Shown: positions 9,373-19,320 of the stretch, piece by piece
Layout: each line of letters opens with the position of its first letter
Position numbering within the stretch: position 1 is the first letter of the stretch
Assembly (NCBI GenBank): GCA_949296775.1
Contig: CASFQA010000002.1
Location: 179,991 to 243,990, forward strand
Reading direction: 5' to 3'
Origin: an uncultured bacterium
Lineage (GTDB): Bacteria > Bacillota_I > Bacilli_A > RFN20 > CAG-826
DNA length: 64,000 nucleotides
Program-made: the position numbers and the translations under genes
Notes under the pieces: generated by a model
Seen by the model: the letters and a program-made list of their open reading frames with translations, nothing else
The model's database searches: none
What the model was told of the DNA's origin: nothing

Positions 9373-10179
9373 TCAGTCGATTAAACCGAAATGACGGACG
9401 GCTTTGGCCCAGCCATCCTCATCGATATCGCAGGTCACGTAATCGGCCACCGCCTTGAGGTCGCTGACGGCGTTGCCCATGGCCACGGCGGTTCCGGTGA
9501 AGAGAGTCATCTCCATATCGTTGTTGCCGTCGCCCAAGCTCATGGCTTCGCTGGCATCGTAACCATAGTATTCGAGGACCGACATGATGCCCTTGGCCTT
9601 GTCGGAGTCTTTTAGCATGACGTCGACCGCGTATTCGTCCCAGCGGGCGAATTTGCAGTCTTCGAGGTGGGGAGCGAGGAGTTTTTCCTCGAATTCGCCG
9701 CAAAAAGCGATCATTTGATAGACGATTCGATCGTAATGATCGGGGAAGGTCCGCGGCTGGGGAAAGCGGGTTCGGTATTTTTCGTGGGCGGAGATGACCC
9801 GTTCGTCGATCATGTTGATGTGGCCTTCGTTTTCCTCGATGAGGGTCAATCCGAATTTGAGCCGCTTTGCGAACATGATCATCTTGTCGACCACCGTCGA
9901 GGGTATCGGATAACGGTAAATGATGGAGGAGCCGATGATGGCATTGCTGCCGTTCATGGTAATTAAGCCATCGGGGGTGATATGGTCAAGAACCCCGGAT
10001 TTCCGGATGAGGTAATAGTTCCTTCCGGAGCAAAGGAAGACTTTGATGTTGTTCCGTTGCAAGGCTTTGATGGCCTCGATGGCCGAAGGGGGGATCTGGT
10101 GGGTTTTGTGCGAGAAAAGGGTGCCGTCGATATCGGTGAAGACGATTTTGACTTTGTTTCGCCGGTTGTCGATGCCCAT
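9373..10179 (-). CDS. Cof-type HAD-IIB hydrolase
   Basis: DIDGTL, CSGR, DKAKG, GDGNND, AMGNA. Confidence 0.93.
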   Translation of the reverse strand: MGIDNRRNKVKIVFTDIDGTLFSHKTHQIPPSAIEAIKALQRNNIKVFLCSGRNYYLIRKSGVLDHITPDGLITMNGSNAIIGSSIIYRYPIPSTVVDKMIMFAKRLKFGLTLIEENEGHINMIDERVISAHEKYRTRFPQPRTFPDHYDRIVYQMIAFCGEFEEKLLAPHLEDCKFARWDEYAVDVMLKDSDKAKGIMSVLEYYGYDASEAMSLGDGNNDMEMTLFTGTAVAMGNAVSDLKAVADYVTCDIDEDGWAKAVRHFGLID

Positions 10180-10219
10180 ATCCTCTCCTTCCTAGATTTT
10201 ATCTAAACCCATCGGCTGG

Positions 10220-10588
10220 GTGATGGTAAAATCTTTTGCGGTTAATAATATGCTTTACGTTGAGTTTGACAAGTACGAGTCGTATGTGGACCCCAAAAAT
10301 AAGCTGGTTCACGCCTATTTGGGGAAAGACGGCACCCCGTTTTACGTCGAGCCGGGTTTCTATGAAGGCTTGATGGGTTTCAAGGAGAAACGGGCGGAGC
10401 GGTTTACCGAGATCATGGAAGCCATCGACAAGACCATCGAGAAATACCATAAGGTCATCTTCACCGCCGACTTTGAGAATCCTTGGATCGAAAGAGAGGG
10501 CTATATTTACCGCGAGATCCATGACCTCACCGATCCCCTGCTTATTTTTGTCGAGGATAAGTCCCGGGGTTCGGATTACGGCGATTAG
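10220..10588 (+). CDS. Hypothetical protein (start uncertain: 10220, 10223 or 10250)
   Basis: 122-aa ORF filling the gap, host-like codon usage, no recognised motif. Confidence 0.65.
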   Translation: MMVKSFAVNNMLYVEFDKYESYVDPKNKLVHAYLGKDGTPFYVEPGFYEGLMGFKEKRAERFTEIMEAIDKTIEKYHKVIFTADFENPWIEREGYIYREIHDLTDPLLIFVEDKSRGSDYGD

Positions 10589-11309
10589 CCCTCAATAGGC
10601 CAATCAAAACGGCGATGCCGCCGATAAACAAAATTATCGACCAGAATTGGGATGGCGAAAGGCCGCGGATTAGCGACCCCCTTTCGTCGCCCCGGTAGAA
10701 TTCGATGATGAAGCGCCATAAGCCATAGCTAAGCATGTAAGTTGGGATGGTGAGGTTCGTTTTCCTTTTGTAGGCCCAATAGATCAAGACGATCGATAAA
10801 AGGAAAAGGAAAATCGCCTCCATTAGGTTGGTCGGGATGACCGCCTCATCCATCATCGGGAAGCGAATGCCGATCCAGGTGGAGGTTGGCACCCCATAGC
10901 AGCAGCCGGCCATGAAGCAGCCGAGCCGCCCGCAGGCATGGGCTCCGGCCAAGCATCCAGGAACGATCGGCAGCATCGTCAGCAAGGTCCTTTTAACCGT
11001 TTTTCTTAGATAAACCGCATAGCATAGGGCAAAGAGCAGGATTGCGAACGCCAGCCCGCCGAAGAAAGTCATTTTGTTCGACCAAACGTAATTCGTGGGG
11101 TCGTATAGATAATCGTAGAGATTCTGAAACAGCAGCCCCCCGGCGAATCCGGCGGCGACGCAAAGCAAGGCCACGATCTCGATGATGGACATTTCCAATC
11201 GTCGGGCTTTTTCGATGTGGCCATACCATTCGAAAACCAAGACGGCGATGATTAAGCCGAGAAAGATGAACAAACTGTAGGAGTCGAAGATCCAAAGTCG
11301 GGGGCACAT
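10542..11309 (-). CDS. lgt: Prolipoprotein diacylglyceryl transferase family protein
   Basis: Multi-TM; FFGGL, GRLGCFMAGCCYG, PTNLME, RFIIEFYRGD. Confidence 0.88.
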   Translation of the reverse strand: MCPRLWIFDSYSLFIFLGLIIAVLVFEWYGHIEKARRLEMSIIEIVALLCVAAGFAGGLLFQNLYDYLYDPTNYVWSNKMTFFGGLAFAILLFALCYAVYLRKTVKRTLLTMLPIVPGCLAGAHACGRLGCFMAGCCYGVPTSTWIGIRFPMMDEAVIPTNLMEAIFLFLLSIVLIYWAYKRKTNLTIPTYMLSYGLWRFIIEFYRGDERGSLIRGLSPSQFWSIILFIGGIAVLIGLLRANRRNPNPGTYPRQK

Positions 11310-11360
11310 CGAAAAGATGATACCCTTGCCGAAGGGAAAGAAACATAGAAGAATTAATCC

Positions 11361-12056
11361 GTGCGCCCTAAAACCCTTGATTACCTCGCCTTGGTCCTGA
11401 TCTACGTCATCGTTATTTCCCTGCCTTATTTTTCGTCCTTGCCTTCAACCGACAAGCTGATGATATCGGTCATATTCCAAACTCTATTCGGGATGGGGGT
11501 CCTATCTTTCTATGGGCCAAGGTTCAACCGGCCTGTTTGGCGTTATTCGGTTTTGCCTTTATCGCTTTTCGCTTTCTTAAACATCCCCGTCGTTTGCCTG
11601 CAGGGAATCGATATCGAGGCGAACTACGGAATTTTCATTCAAAACTGTTTTTTGACACTTGGGACCGTTTTTGCGGAGGAATTGCTTTTTCGCCAATTGT
11701 TTTCCGAGTATTTTCTCGGGAATAAACGGTGGGTTAAATTGATTTTGTCATCGTCTTTTTTCGCTTTGCCGCATGCTTTGTCCATCCTTTCTTCGCCTAG
11801 TCTAGGGGGAGCGATGAACGTCGGGTATACGTTCGCTTTGGGGCTAGTCCTTTGGATCGTCTTCGATTCCGGGTTGGGGTACATCGGTTCCTTCTTGCTG
11901 CACTGGCTGTTCAACCTGTTGATGGGCGAGGTGTTCTCATATCTAGGCGGCGTTAATTCCGGGCTGCCTTTCTATTTGATTAACCTGCTCGGCGGCTTTT
12001 TGATCGTCGCCTATGGGCTAGTCGTCTATTTCAAGCCGAAAAAGATTAGGCCATAG
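11361..12056 (+). CDS. CPBP (CAAX/Abi) family intramembrane glutamic endopeptidase
   Basis: AEELLFR, FFALPH, LLHWLFN motifs in a multi-TM protein. Confidence 0.88.
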   Translation: MRPKTLDYLALVLIYVIVISLPYFSSLPSTDKLMISVIFQTLFGMGVLSFYGPRFNRPVWRYSVLPLSLFAFLNIPVVCLQGIDIEANYGIFIQNCFLTLGTVFAEELLFRQLFSEYFLGNKRWVKLILSSSFFALPHALSILSSPSLGGAMNVGYTFALGLVLWIVFDSGLGYIGSFLLHWLFNLLMGEVFSYLGGVNSGLPFYLINLLGGFLIVAYGLVVYFKPKKIRP

Positions 12057-12104
12057 GCCGTTTTTGATTGTTTCCCTTGCCTAAGGCCATTAGAATTGGC
12101 ATTG

Positions 12105-13538
12105 ATGAGTTATATCGTCAAAAATTCCGGCCGTTTCTCCCAAACTATCTTGGCCCGCGGGCAGCGATATTTTCAATCCGGCCAGGTAGCGAACCTGGTT
12201 CGGAATTCCAATATGGTCGTCGCCGAGGTCAGGGGGAGTAGGCGATATACGGTCGAATGCGTCTTCGAAGGGGAAAAGCTCAAGTCTTACCATTGCAATT
12301 GCCCCTATGACTTCGGCGGCCCCTGCAAGCATGTGGCGGCGGTGTTGTTCGCCTTGGATCATCGTCCGCTCGATCCGGAAAGCCGAAGCGAGGCTACCCA
12401 ACCGAAATCCGGCGCATCCTACCACCTTGACCAAGCAAAGAGCATTGTCCGGGGCATGTATTTCACCCGGTCGGAGAAAACCCTTTTGTCCCATTATGGT
12501 TACTTTGCCGATGACCCGGTTTTGGCCAAGGACTTTTGGGTATTCGCCTTCGGAGAGGTCTTAAACGGCGGGTCTTACGCCCTTCGGCGCCTTTTGCCCA
12601 ATTTCGCGGAGTTGGCTGGACTGCTTAAACCGAGCGAGTCCTTATTGGTCGAGGCGATGTCCAAAGCCTTTCAGCTTCATCGCGGCGGGTTGGATGCCTA
12701 TCGGGTCCTCGACTTGCTTACTTGGGGCGGGAAGCGGTGCCTCATCCCTTTGCAGAAGGCTTTATCCGGATTGCCGATCAGCGATTTCCTCGTCTCGGGC
12801 TATGACCCCGCGTTCCCCTCCAATGTGTTTGATTCGCTGATCCCCGAGATTTATCCCCTCGTCTTCGTTTTGTTTCCTTCGGCCCGTCGAAAACTGTTGG
12901 ATTCGGCGATGGACCGAGTCGATATCGAATCGTTTGCCAGGATGTTCCTTTTCTATGTTCAATCCGGCGCATTCGATCCGCGTTACCTTCGCTACCTCCA
13001 AGCCCACGACGCCGACTTAACCGCGATTTATTCGGCGATGTTCGATTTGTGCTATAAGGCTCATTCGTTGTCTCATTATCTGGAGATTCGCGATTATATC
13101 CCCGACGGCGTGTGCCGGAGCAAGATTATCGAGAATCTCCCTAAGCTTTATAGCGACATCGTTCCCTATGCTCGGGTGCGGGAGGGGTTGCCTTTGACCA
13201 CCCCGATCAGCAAGCTCAATGACTTGGAGAGCCTGTTGCTGGTTTATCGTTATTTCCCCAAAAGCGACCTAGCGGCGGTCGACAAGAAGATTCAGAGCAA
13301 GTTCGAGCAATTGATCAAACGGTCGAAAGCCAGCCCCGAATTGACTTCGGCATTGATGGAACTGACCGACCTCAAATGGCCGTATTTGGCCAAATACCTT
13401 TCCGATGAGAGGCTTTTAAGCAAGCGGGGCCAAGGGTGTTCATTAGACCAAGGACTGGCCTATGCTTACGTCAAAACCGGTCGGCCCGAAGCCTTGGGTC
13501 TTAAACGGATCGAGTTGGAGGGGGAAAATGTTGATTAA
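12105..13538 (+). CDS. SWIM zinc-finger protein
   Basis: ILARGQRYF..AEVRGSRRYTV..CNCPY....CKHVAAVL; start placed at ATG 12105 after TTGTTT-17-TAGAAT. Confidence 0.85.
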   Translation: MSYIVKNSGRFSQTILARGQRYFQSGQVANLVRNSNMVVAEVRGSRRYTVECVFEGEKLKSYHCNCPYDFGGPCKHVAAVLFALDHRPLDPESRSEATQPKSGASYHLDQAKSIVRGMYFTRSEKTLLSHYGYFADDPVLAKDFWVFAFGEVLNGGSYALRRLLPNFAELAGLLKPSESLLVEAMSKAFQLHRGGLDAYRVLDLLTWGGKRCLIPLQKALSGLPISDFLVSGYDPAFPSNVFDSLIPEIYPLVFVLFPSARRKLLDSAMDRVDIESFARMFLFYVQSGAFDPRYLRYLQAHDADLTAIYSAMFDLCYKAHSLSHYLEIRDYIPDGVCRSKIIENLPKLYSDIVPYARVREGLPLTTPISKLNDLESLLLVYRYFPKSDLAAVDKKIQSKFEQLIKRSKASPELTSALMELTDLKWPYLAKYLSDERLLSKRGQGCSLDQGLAYAYVKTGRPEALGLKRIELEGENVD

Positions 13539-16500
13539 AGGACGAGACGTTCAATTCGAATTGAACGACAGCCCAGCTCTCCAAGCCTTGGAGCAAGGCT
13601 TTTACGATATCTATTATCGCTTCGATCCGGATTTGGAGACGATCTATTACTACGCGGTGCTGAAGGATACTCACCAAGGATTGCCGCGGTCATTGTCTTT
13701 CGCCGCCGATTTCTTCGGGGTCAAAAACACCGACGAGAGCCCGCTTTATCATGCAAACTTGGCCTTGGTCAAATTCCTCTATCGAGAAGAAAAAAACCGC
13801 TCCGAAAGCGAGTTGGCCGCCCGTTATGGCGACGATTATCCGGCCCTTATCTCCTTGCAGCGGTGCGATTCCAACCATTATTACATCCGTCGGCAAACCC
13901 GGCAGGCCTTCTTTGATTTATTTAAGGAGGAACCAAACCGGAAAAACGAGAAGGAAATCGCCCCTTTGGCCCCTGTTAAAAAGACGCTTGAGGTCGAAAT
14001 CGATCGGAATCGGAACGGATACGATTCCCACCCGGTGTTCTTCAAGGTCAATTCCGGGGCTAAGTCGATCTCGATCCCCAATTCCCGGGCTTTCTTAAGC
14101 GCCTTCATCGAAGGCCAGGACTTCACGGTCAGGAAAACCAATATCCCGATGGGGCGGAACGACTTCCAGCCGCCTTATGACGAAGTGCTCGATTTCGTTT
14201 CCAAGGCCATGGTTTCCCGTCCTCGCTCCCCGTATGAGGAGGACAATTTCGTTCGCTTGACCGATGAGCAGGTCATGGAGGTGCTTACCCTCCTCCAAGG
14301 CCATGGCATTACCGTCTGCGGACGTTCTTTCGTCGTCCCCGCCCCCATCCACGGCACGATCATGATGGAGGATGACGGGGCCTTAGTGACCGATCCGAAG
14401 GTCCCGCCCCGTCCGGGCCAAGGCCTTTTCCTGGGCTTAAAAGGCAATCGGACGATGCGCATCCCGGAAGAGGGGGAGGTTTTGTATCTCGAATTCGACA
14501 ACCCGACGATGGCCAAGGCTTATTACTTCCTTCAATTATATGGAATGCAATCCTATGCCGACGTCCGGGACCTCTTCGCCAAAAAGGTCCTGCCCAAGGC
14601 CGGAGCCGGTTTCCTTTCGCCGTCTTCCAAAAGAACTCGGCTTCGGATTGAGATATACATCGGCTGGACCCCGAAAGAGACGATCGAGTTCAAGACCGTT
14701 TATAAATTAAACGGGGAGGAAGCAGCTAGAGAGGAATTCGTCAAAGACGATATTGGCCAAGGGCTTTACACCAGCTTCGTCGATAGCCTTAAATCCGTCG
14801 GGGGCATCGAGGAAGGGGAGTTGACCAGCCAATCCTCAATCCTATTCTTCCTGGGGGCGGACTTGTCGAGATTGAAGGAGACGGCCAAGGTCTATATCGA
14901 TTCCCGCTTGGCCAAATTGCAGACGAAGAAAGTCGGGAAAATCAAGATCAACTCCAGTTTTGCCACCGATTGGTGCGAAGTGTCCTTATCATCCGATTCC
15001 TATACCCCAGAAGAATTAGCCCAGTTGATTGATGCCTACCGGGAGAAACGGAAGTTCGTCGTCTTGGGCGATGACGTTATCCTTCTTGATGGCGATGAGG
15101 CCGTCAAGGAGGCGGCCCGGGCTAGCGATGAGCTTCATTTGGGACAGGATTTAAAAAACGGCAAGCTGCCCTTATATGACGCCTTCGCCTTATCCTCCTA
15201 TCAATCCGCGCTCGTTGAGGTCAATTACTCCGACAAGATCCTAGAGGCCATCAAAGCCATTCGGGACTTTCAGGAGAAGGAAGTGAGGCTCCGCGAATCG
15301 ATCGAAAGGAATCTCCGCCCTTACCAGCTAGAGGCCGTTAAGTGGCTAAGCGTCCTCTCCGAATACGGATTATTCGGCATTTTGGCCGATGACATGGGCT
15401 TAGGCAAAACCTTAGAGGTGATCGCTTTCCTCTCAACCATCGAAGACGATGACCCGACCTTGGTCATCTGCCCGAAGAGCTTGACCTATAACTGGGCTGA
15501 GGAGATTAAGAAATGGTTCCCCTCCCGGAAAAGCCACGTCATCGAGGGGACGAAGGCTGAACGGACTAAACTCATCGCCTCAATCAAAGGGAACGATGTT
15601 TATATGGTGTCATACGATTCCTTTAGGAACGACGTCGATTTATATCAGGGAAAGCGATTCGGCTTGCTGATTCTTGACGAGGCCCAGTTCATCAAGAACA
15701 GCAGCGCCGCCAAATCGAAGGCGGTTAAGCAGATCGACGCGAAGCGCCGTTTCGCCTTGACCGGAACCCCGATTGAGAATTCTTTAAACAACTTGTGGTC
15801 GATCTTCGACTTCTTGATGCCCGGTTACCTATTAAGCGAATCCGACTTCAATTCGGCCTATGTCGGGAATGAGGACCCGGAATTTCAAAAACGGCTGGAG
15901 CTCAAAGTCCGCCCCTTCATCCTGCGCCGAACCAAGGAAGAGGTTTTGACTTCATTGCCTCCTAAGACCACCTCGATTTTCAAGGTCAGCCTGGATTCCG
16001 ACCAACGGGCTTTATACGAATCCTATATGGACAAAGCAAGGGAAGAATACCAAGGCGGAGAACTGATGCGCTTTATGGGCATGCTGACCAAAATCCGGGA
16101 AATATGCGTCGATCCTTCCACTTTCCTCGAGGATTATGAGGAGGTTCCCTCGAAATTATCCGCCGCCGAGATCATGGTCGCCGATTCGGTTAAGTCCGGC
16201 CATCGGGTTTTGGTCTTCTCCTCTTTCGTCCGGGTATTGGAGCATTTCCGTTCGATGCTAGAGGATATCGGCGTCAAGTCCTATATGATCAGCGGGGCGA
16301 CTAAGGCCAGCGATCGGGTAACGATGGCCCAGCAATTCAATGATGACCCCTCGATCTCCGTCATGTTGGTCTCTTTAAAGGCCGGAGGCACTGGGTTGAA
16401 CCTTCAAGGGGCCGATACCGTCCTTCACCTTGATCCATGGTGGAATCTAGCGGCCGAGGACCAAGCGACCGATCGGGCCTACCGGATTGGCCAAACCCGC

Positions 16501-16659
16501 CCCGTCAGCGTCTATAAATTCATCTGCGCCGACACGGTTGAGGAGAAGATAGTCGAGCTGCAAAACAGCAAGAAAGGTTTATTCGACGCTTTCGTCAAAT
16601 CCGGAAGCGAGGGCATTTCCTCCCTTTCGGAAGAAGATATCAAATTCCTGCTTAGCTAA
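13528..16659 (+). CDS. SNF2-family helicase/ATPase (SNF2-associated + DEAD-like + HelicC domains)
   Basis: LRPYQ, LADDMGLGKT, LDEAQ, LTGTPIEN, SLKAGGTGLNL, DPWWN, QATDRAYRIGQ; SD GGAGG before ATG 13528. Confidence 0.95.
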   Translation: MLIKGRDVQFELNDSPALQALEQGFYDIYYRFDPDLETIYYYAVLKDTHQGLPRSLSFAADFFGVKNTDESPLYHANLALVKFLYREEKNRSESELAARYGDDYPALISLQRCDSNHYYIRRQTRQAFFDLFKEEPNRKNEKEIAPLAPVKKTLEVEIDRNRNGYDSHPVFFKVNSGAKSISIPNSRAFLSAFIEGQDFTVRKTNIPMGRNDFQPPYDEVLDFVSKAMVSRPRSPYEEDNFVRLTDEQVMEVLTLLQGHGITVCGRSFVVPAPIHGTIMMEDDGALVTDPKVPPRPGQGLFLGLKGNRTMRIPEEGEVLYLEFDNPTMAKAYYFLQLYGMQSYADVRDLFAKKVLPKAGAGFLSPSSKRTRLRIEIYIGWTPKETIEFKTVYKLNGEEAAREEFVKDDIGQGLYTSFVDSLKSVGGIEEGELTSQSSILFFLGADLSRLKETAKVYIDSRLAKLQTKKVGKIKINSSFATDWCEVSLSSDSYTPEELAQLIDAYREKRKFVVLGDDVILLDGDEAVKEAARASDELHLGQDLKNGKLPLYDAFALSSYQSALVEVNYSDKILEAIKAIRDFQEKEVRLRESIERNLRPYQLEAVKWLSVLSEYGLFGILADDMGLGKTLEVIAFLSTIEDDDPTLVICPKSLTYNWAEEIKKWFPSRKSHVIEGTKAERTKLIASIKGNDVYMVSYDSFRNDVDLYQGKRFGLLILDEAQFIKNSSAAKSKAVKQIDAKRRFALTGTPIENSLNNLWSIFDFLMPGYLLSESDFNSAYVGNEDPEFQKRLELKVRPFILRRTKEEVLTSLPPKTTSIFKVSLDSDQRALYESYMDKAREEYQGGELMRFMGMLTKIREICVDPSTFLEDYEEVPSKLSAAEIMVADSVKSGHRVLVFSSFVRVLEHFRSMLEDIGVKSYMISGATKASDRVTMAQQFNDDPSISVMLVSLKAGGTGLNLQGADTVLHLDPWWNLAAEDQATDRAYRIGQTRPVSVYKFICADTVEEKIVELQNSKKGLFDAFVKSGSEGISSLSEEDIKFLLS

Positions 16660-16662
16660 AGG

Positions 16663-16690
16663 AAAGGGCCGCCGAAGCGGCCCGTTTCTT
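16663..16690. terminator. Bidirectional intrinsic terminator
   Basis: Stem GGGCCGC/GCGGCCC with CGAA loop and A/T flanks, between convergent genes. Confidence 0.7.
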
Positions 16691-16695
16691 CATCA

Positions 16696-17766
16696 TTAAT
16701 ATGTTGGAGCGCGCAGGCTTCGCATCGACATCCACATAATCCGGATGCCGTAGAGGAAGATAAACATGAACAAGGCGAAGCTGGTGATCAGGAAGCCGAG
16801 GATCAAGGACAATATGGCGGGGCAGAGGGCGGCGGTATAAGCCATTTTCTGCGTTTCCCAGAAGGTGTAGATCCGCAAGGGGTTCTTCTTGCCCCGGGTC
16901 ATTAAGAAGATGACGAGGCCGAAGACGAAGGCTAAGCCGATGTAGACCGCGGCCATGATGCCAAGATAAGAAAGGGCTTGGATGTTCTTATCCGATTCCG
17001 CGGCGGCATTGATGACCCGACGCCAGGTCTCCCGAACCGCGTTGGTGTAATCATAAGTTCTGGGATCGGCGGTATAGGCGACGCCGTCGAAATCGCTGGT
17101 CGCGTAGTTTTTGAAGTTGACCCCAATCAGCCGATCGTAACGGCCGACCGCTTGTCCAACCGATCCATCGGACCCGACTTTGATGATATAAATGTGCTCT
17201 TTGCCGAAGATGACGGCGGCGTTGTCGTAAACATCCTCTTCGCTGCCGCGTAAGTCACCGGTATATGGGTCTTTATTGGCCAAGACGTTATTGGCGAAAT
17301 CCAAATCCTTTACGGTTTCGGAATTGTTGTAGAAAGCCTCGATGATGACGTATTCCTCGTCGGTATCGGGATTGGTGGCGGTGCAGGTGTACCAGCTGTG
17401 TTCCATGCCAGTCGTGGCGGCTTCCCAGCTGCCGTTATCCTCTAACTTTTCCTCTTCGTTGACCACGAGGTCGATGTTCTTTTCCTGAAGGAATTCGCCA
17501 ACATGGACCAAGCCGTTTTCGATACCATAGCTTGGGGCGTTCATTAAATTGTCGCCCAACTTGGTTTGCATGTTCTGGGTGAACGAGGGGACTAGCGCGA
17601 TCATGATGGCGAGGATGCCGGTGATGACGGGGAAATACCATTTCCAGTTCCGGCCGATTTTTATACACGCCTCATTGTTGACTAAGGAAGCGAAGCCAAG
17701 GCCGATCTTTTGTTTGGTTTCCGGCTTCATTTTCTTTTTGGTGTTCTTTTTCTTATTATTGGACAT
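16696..17766 (-). CDS. Hypothetical membrane protein (1 N-terminal TM, extracellular domain, 3 C-terminal TMs)
   Basis: Long ORF; basic N-terminus MSNNKKK; hydrophobic segments. Confidence 0.75.
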   Translation of the reverse strand: MSNNKKKNTKKKMKPETKQKIGLGFASLVNNEACIKIGRNWKWYFPVITGILAIMIALVPSFTQNMQTKLGDNLMNAPSYGIENGLVHVGEFLQEKNIDLVVNEEEKLEDNGSWEAATTGMEHSWYTCTATNPDTDEEYVIIEAFYNNSETVKDLDFANNVLANKDPYTGDLRGSEEDVYDNAAVIFGKEHIYIIKVGSDGSVGQAVGRYDRLIGVNFKNYATSDFDGVAYTADPRTYDYTNAVRETWRRVINAAAESDKNIQALSYLGIMAAVYIGLAFVFGLVIFLMTRGKKNPLRIYTFWETQKMAYTAALCPAILSLILGFLITSFALFMFIFLYGIRIMWMSMRSLRAPTY

Positions 17767-17866
17767 TCTGTTGCGACCTTTGCAAAGCAAAGACTACAAT
17801 ACACGAATAGGGCCGAGAAGGGAAGCGGAAGCGCGAATTCCGGCCGGTTAGGGAAAATTTGTTTAG

Positions 17867-18415
17867 ATGAAGACGAAAAAGAGAAACCCAAACAAACCAT
17901 GGTGGATTCACCTGAACCTGCTGCCGGCCTTTCTCGATTTGCTATGCCTGGCCTTTTTCTTCTTGCCTCTAGCGGTCTATGTTTCCGCCTCGGGGCAAGG
18001 TTTCATCCTTTCTTCGGCTAAGTTGCTTTTCGGCGGTCAGGAAGTCTTCCTCGTCGACGGGTTCATGACCAGTTTCTATTACGAAATGAATATTTGGCTT
18101 CTGGCCGATATGCAGGTGTTTTTATTGTCCGCTTTGGCGGAATTTCTTTGCAAAGGTTCAACCAAATTAACGATTATCGGGATTTTGCTGGAGTTATTGG
18201 GCCTCGGTTTGACCGGCTTTTCCCTTTCGCTTATAAGCGCCAATTGCCCGGGGCTGACTTTGGATAACCTTCGTTTCGGGATCGGGGCGTTTTTGATTTT
18301 GGTCGCCGGCGCCTTCGCCCTTATTTTCCTCGCCTCCTACTTAGTCCTTATTCTCCGGTTCAAGCCTCAATTGAGCCCGTTTTTAAGCAAGTCCAAAGAG
18401 AAAAAGAACAATTGA
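17867..18415 (+). CDS. Hypothetical 4-TM membrane protein
   Basis: Four hydrophobic segments with basic termini. Confidence 0.7.
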   Translation: MKTKKRNPNKPWWIHLNLLPAFLDLLCLAFFFLPLAVYVSASGQGFILSSAKLLFGGQEVFLVDGFMTSFYYEMNIWLLADMQVFLLSALAEFLCKGSTKLTIIGILLELLGLGLTGFSLSLISANCPGLTLDNLRFGIGAFLILVAGAFALIFLASYLVLILRFKPQLSPFLSKSKEKKNN

Positions 18416-18443
18416 TCTCTTCTCTCCGTCTAAGTATTTCCGC

Positions 18444-18875
18444 CTAGCGTTTATCCGAGGCAAGCCTTCTCTTGTCGATGCGGATCGCGACGATAAATAG
18501 AATCGGCAGCTCGATTAGCAGCGTCGCCGCCCCAAATATTAAGGCAATGTCTATCGGCGGCGATAATTGGTTCAAGCCAAAGCCGATCCCGGCCGAAAGT
18601 AGGTTCGCGGCTATCGAGATAACTAAACCCCAACGGGAACGGGAGTAAAGGGAATAGACCATGCCTTCGAGGAGGATTACGGCTAACTCACCTAAGTAGA
18701 AGAACAATCGGCTATAGTCGAAGGCATAGATATAGAGGGCGTTGAAAACCGGATTGGTGATGGCGTTGGTGAGGAAGGCCACGAAGAGGCCGACCGCCTT
18801 CTTACCTTTGAAAAGAAAGGAAAAGGGAACCTCGAGGATGAGGGTTAGGCACAATGCGAAAAGGATGGGGTTCAT
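18444..18875 (-). CDS. Hypothetical membrane protein with intramembrane Glu/Asn motifs
   Basis: MNPILFALCLTLILEVP..NAITNP..ELAVILLE..ANLLS; start overlaps the upstream stop (TGATG). Confidence 0.7.
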   Translation of the reverse strand: MNPILFALCLTLILEVPFSFLFKGKKAVGLFVAFLTNAITNPVFNALYIYAFDYSRLFFYLGELAVILLEGMVYSLYSRSRWGLVISIAANLLSAGIGFGLNQLSPPIDIALIFGAATLLIELPILFIVAIRIDKRRLASDKR

Positions 18876-19318
18876 CAAGGTTCCGGCTTTAAAGGCTTGA
18901 CGGTCTCGAACAGCTTGTACAAATAGATGGCTAAGCCGAGGACGTCGAGGAAGCATAAGGCGATGCCCAAACCGAAGATGACCGGGTCGTTGGCTTTGAA
19001 GTTAACGACGGCCAAAAGGATCATCCAAGGGCCGAGGGTCGGGGGCAAAGACAAAAGGAATGACCAGCCTTTCATCTTCATGCCGAGGAGGTAATAGAGG
19101 GAAAAAGCGATATAAGAGGGGGCTAGGACGACGAAACCGGATATCATCGCCGAGAAGAAATAATCCGCTTCGTAATAGAAGGCGGCAATGCCTCCTCCGA
19201 CGGCGGCGGAAGCGACGCAGCCGAGGAGATAGAACCAGGGGTTGCGCTTCGGGCCAAGCAAGGCCAGGGGGAGGGAAAGGAAGAAGCCGATGGCGATGCC
19301 AAAGACGATTTTACCCAT
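18875..19318 (-). CDS. Hypothetical membrane protein
   Basis: About 5 hydrophobic segments; coupled to both neighbours. Confidence 0.7.
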   Translation of the reverse strand: MGKIVFGIAIGFFLSLPLALLGPKRNPWFYLLGCVASAAVGGGIAAFYYEADYFFSAMISGFVVLAPSYIAFSLYYLLGMKMKGWSFLLSLPPTLGPWMILLAVVNFKANDPVIFGLGIALCFLDVLGLAIYLYKLFETVKPLKPEP

Positions 19319-19320
19319 GA

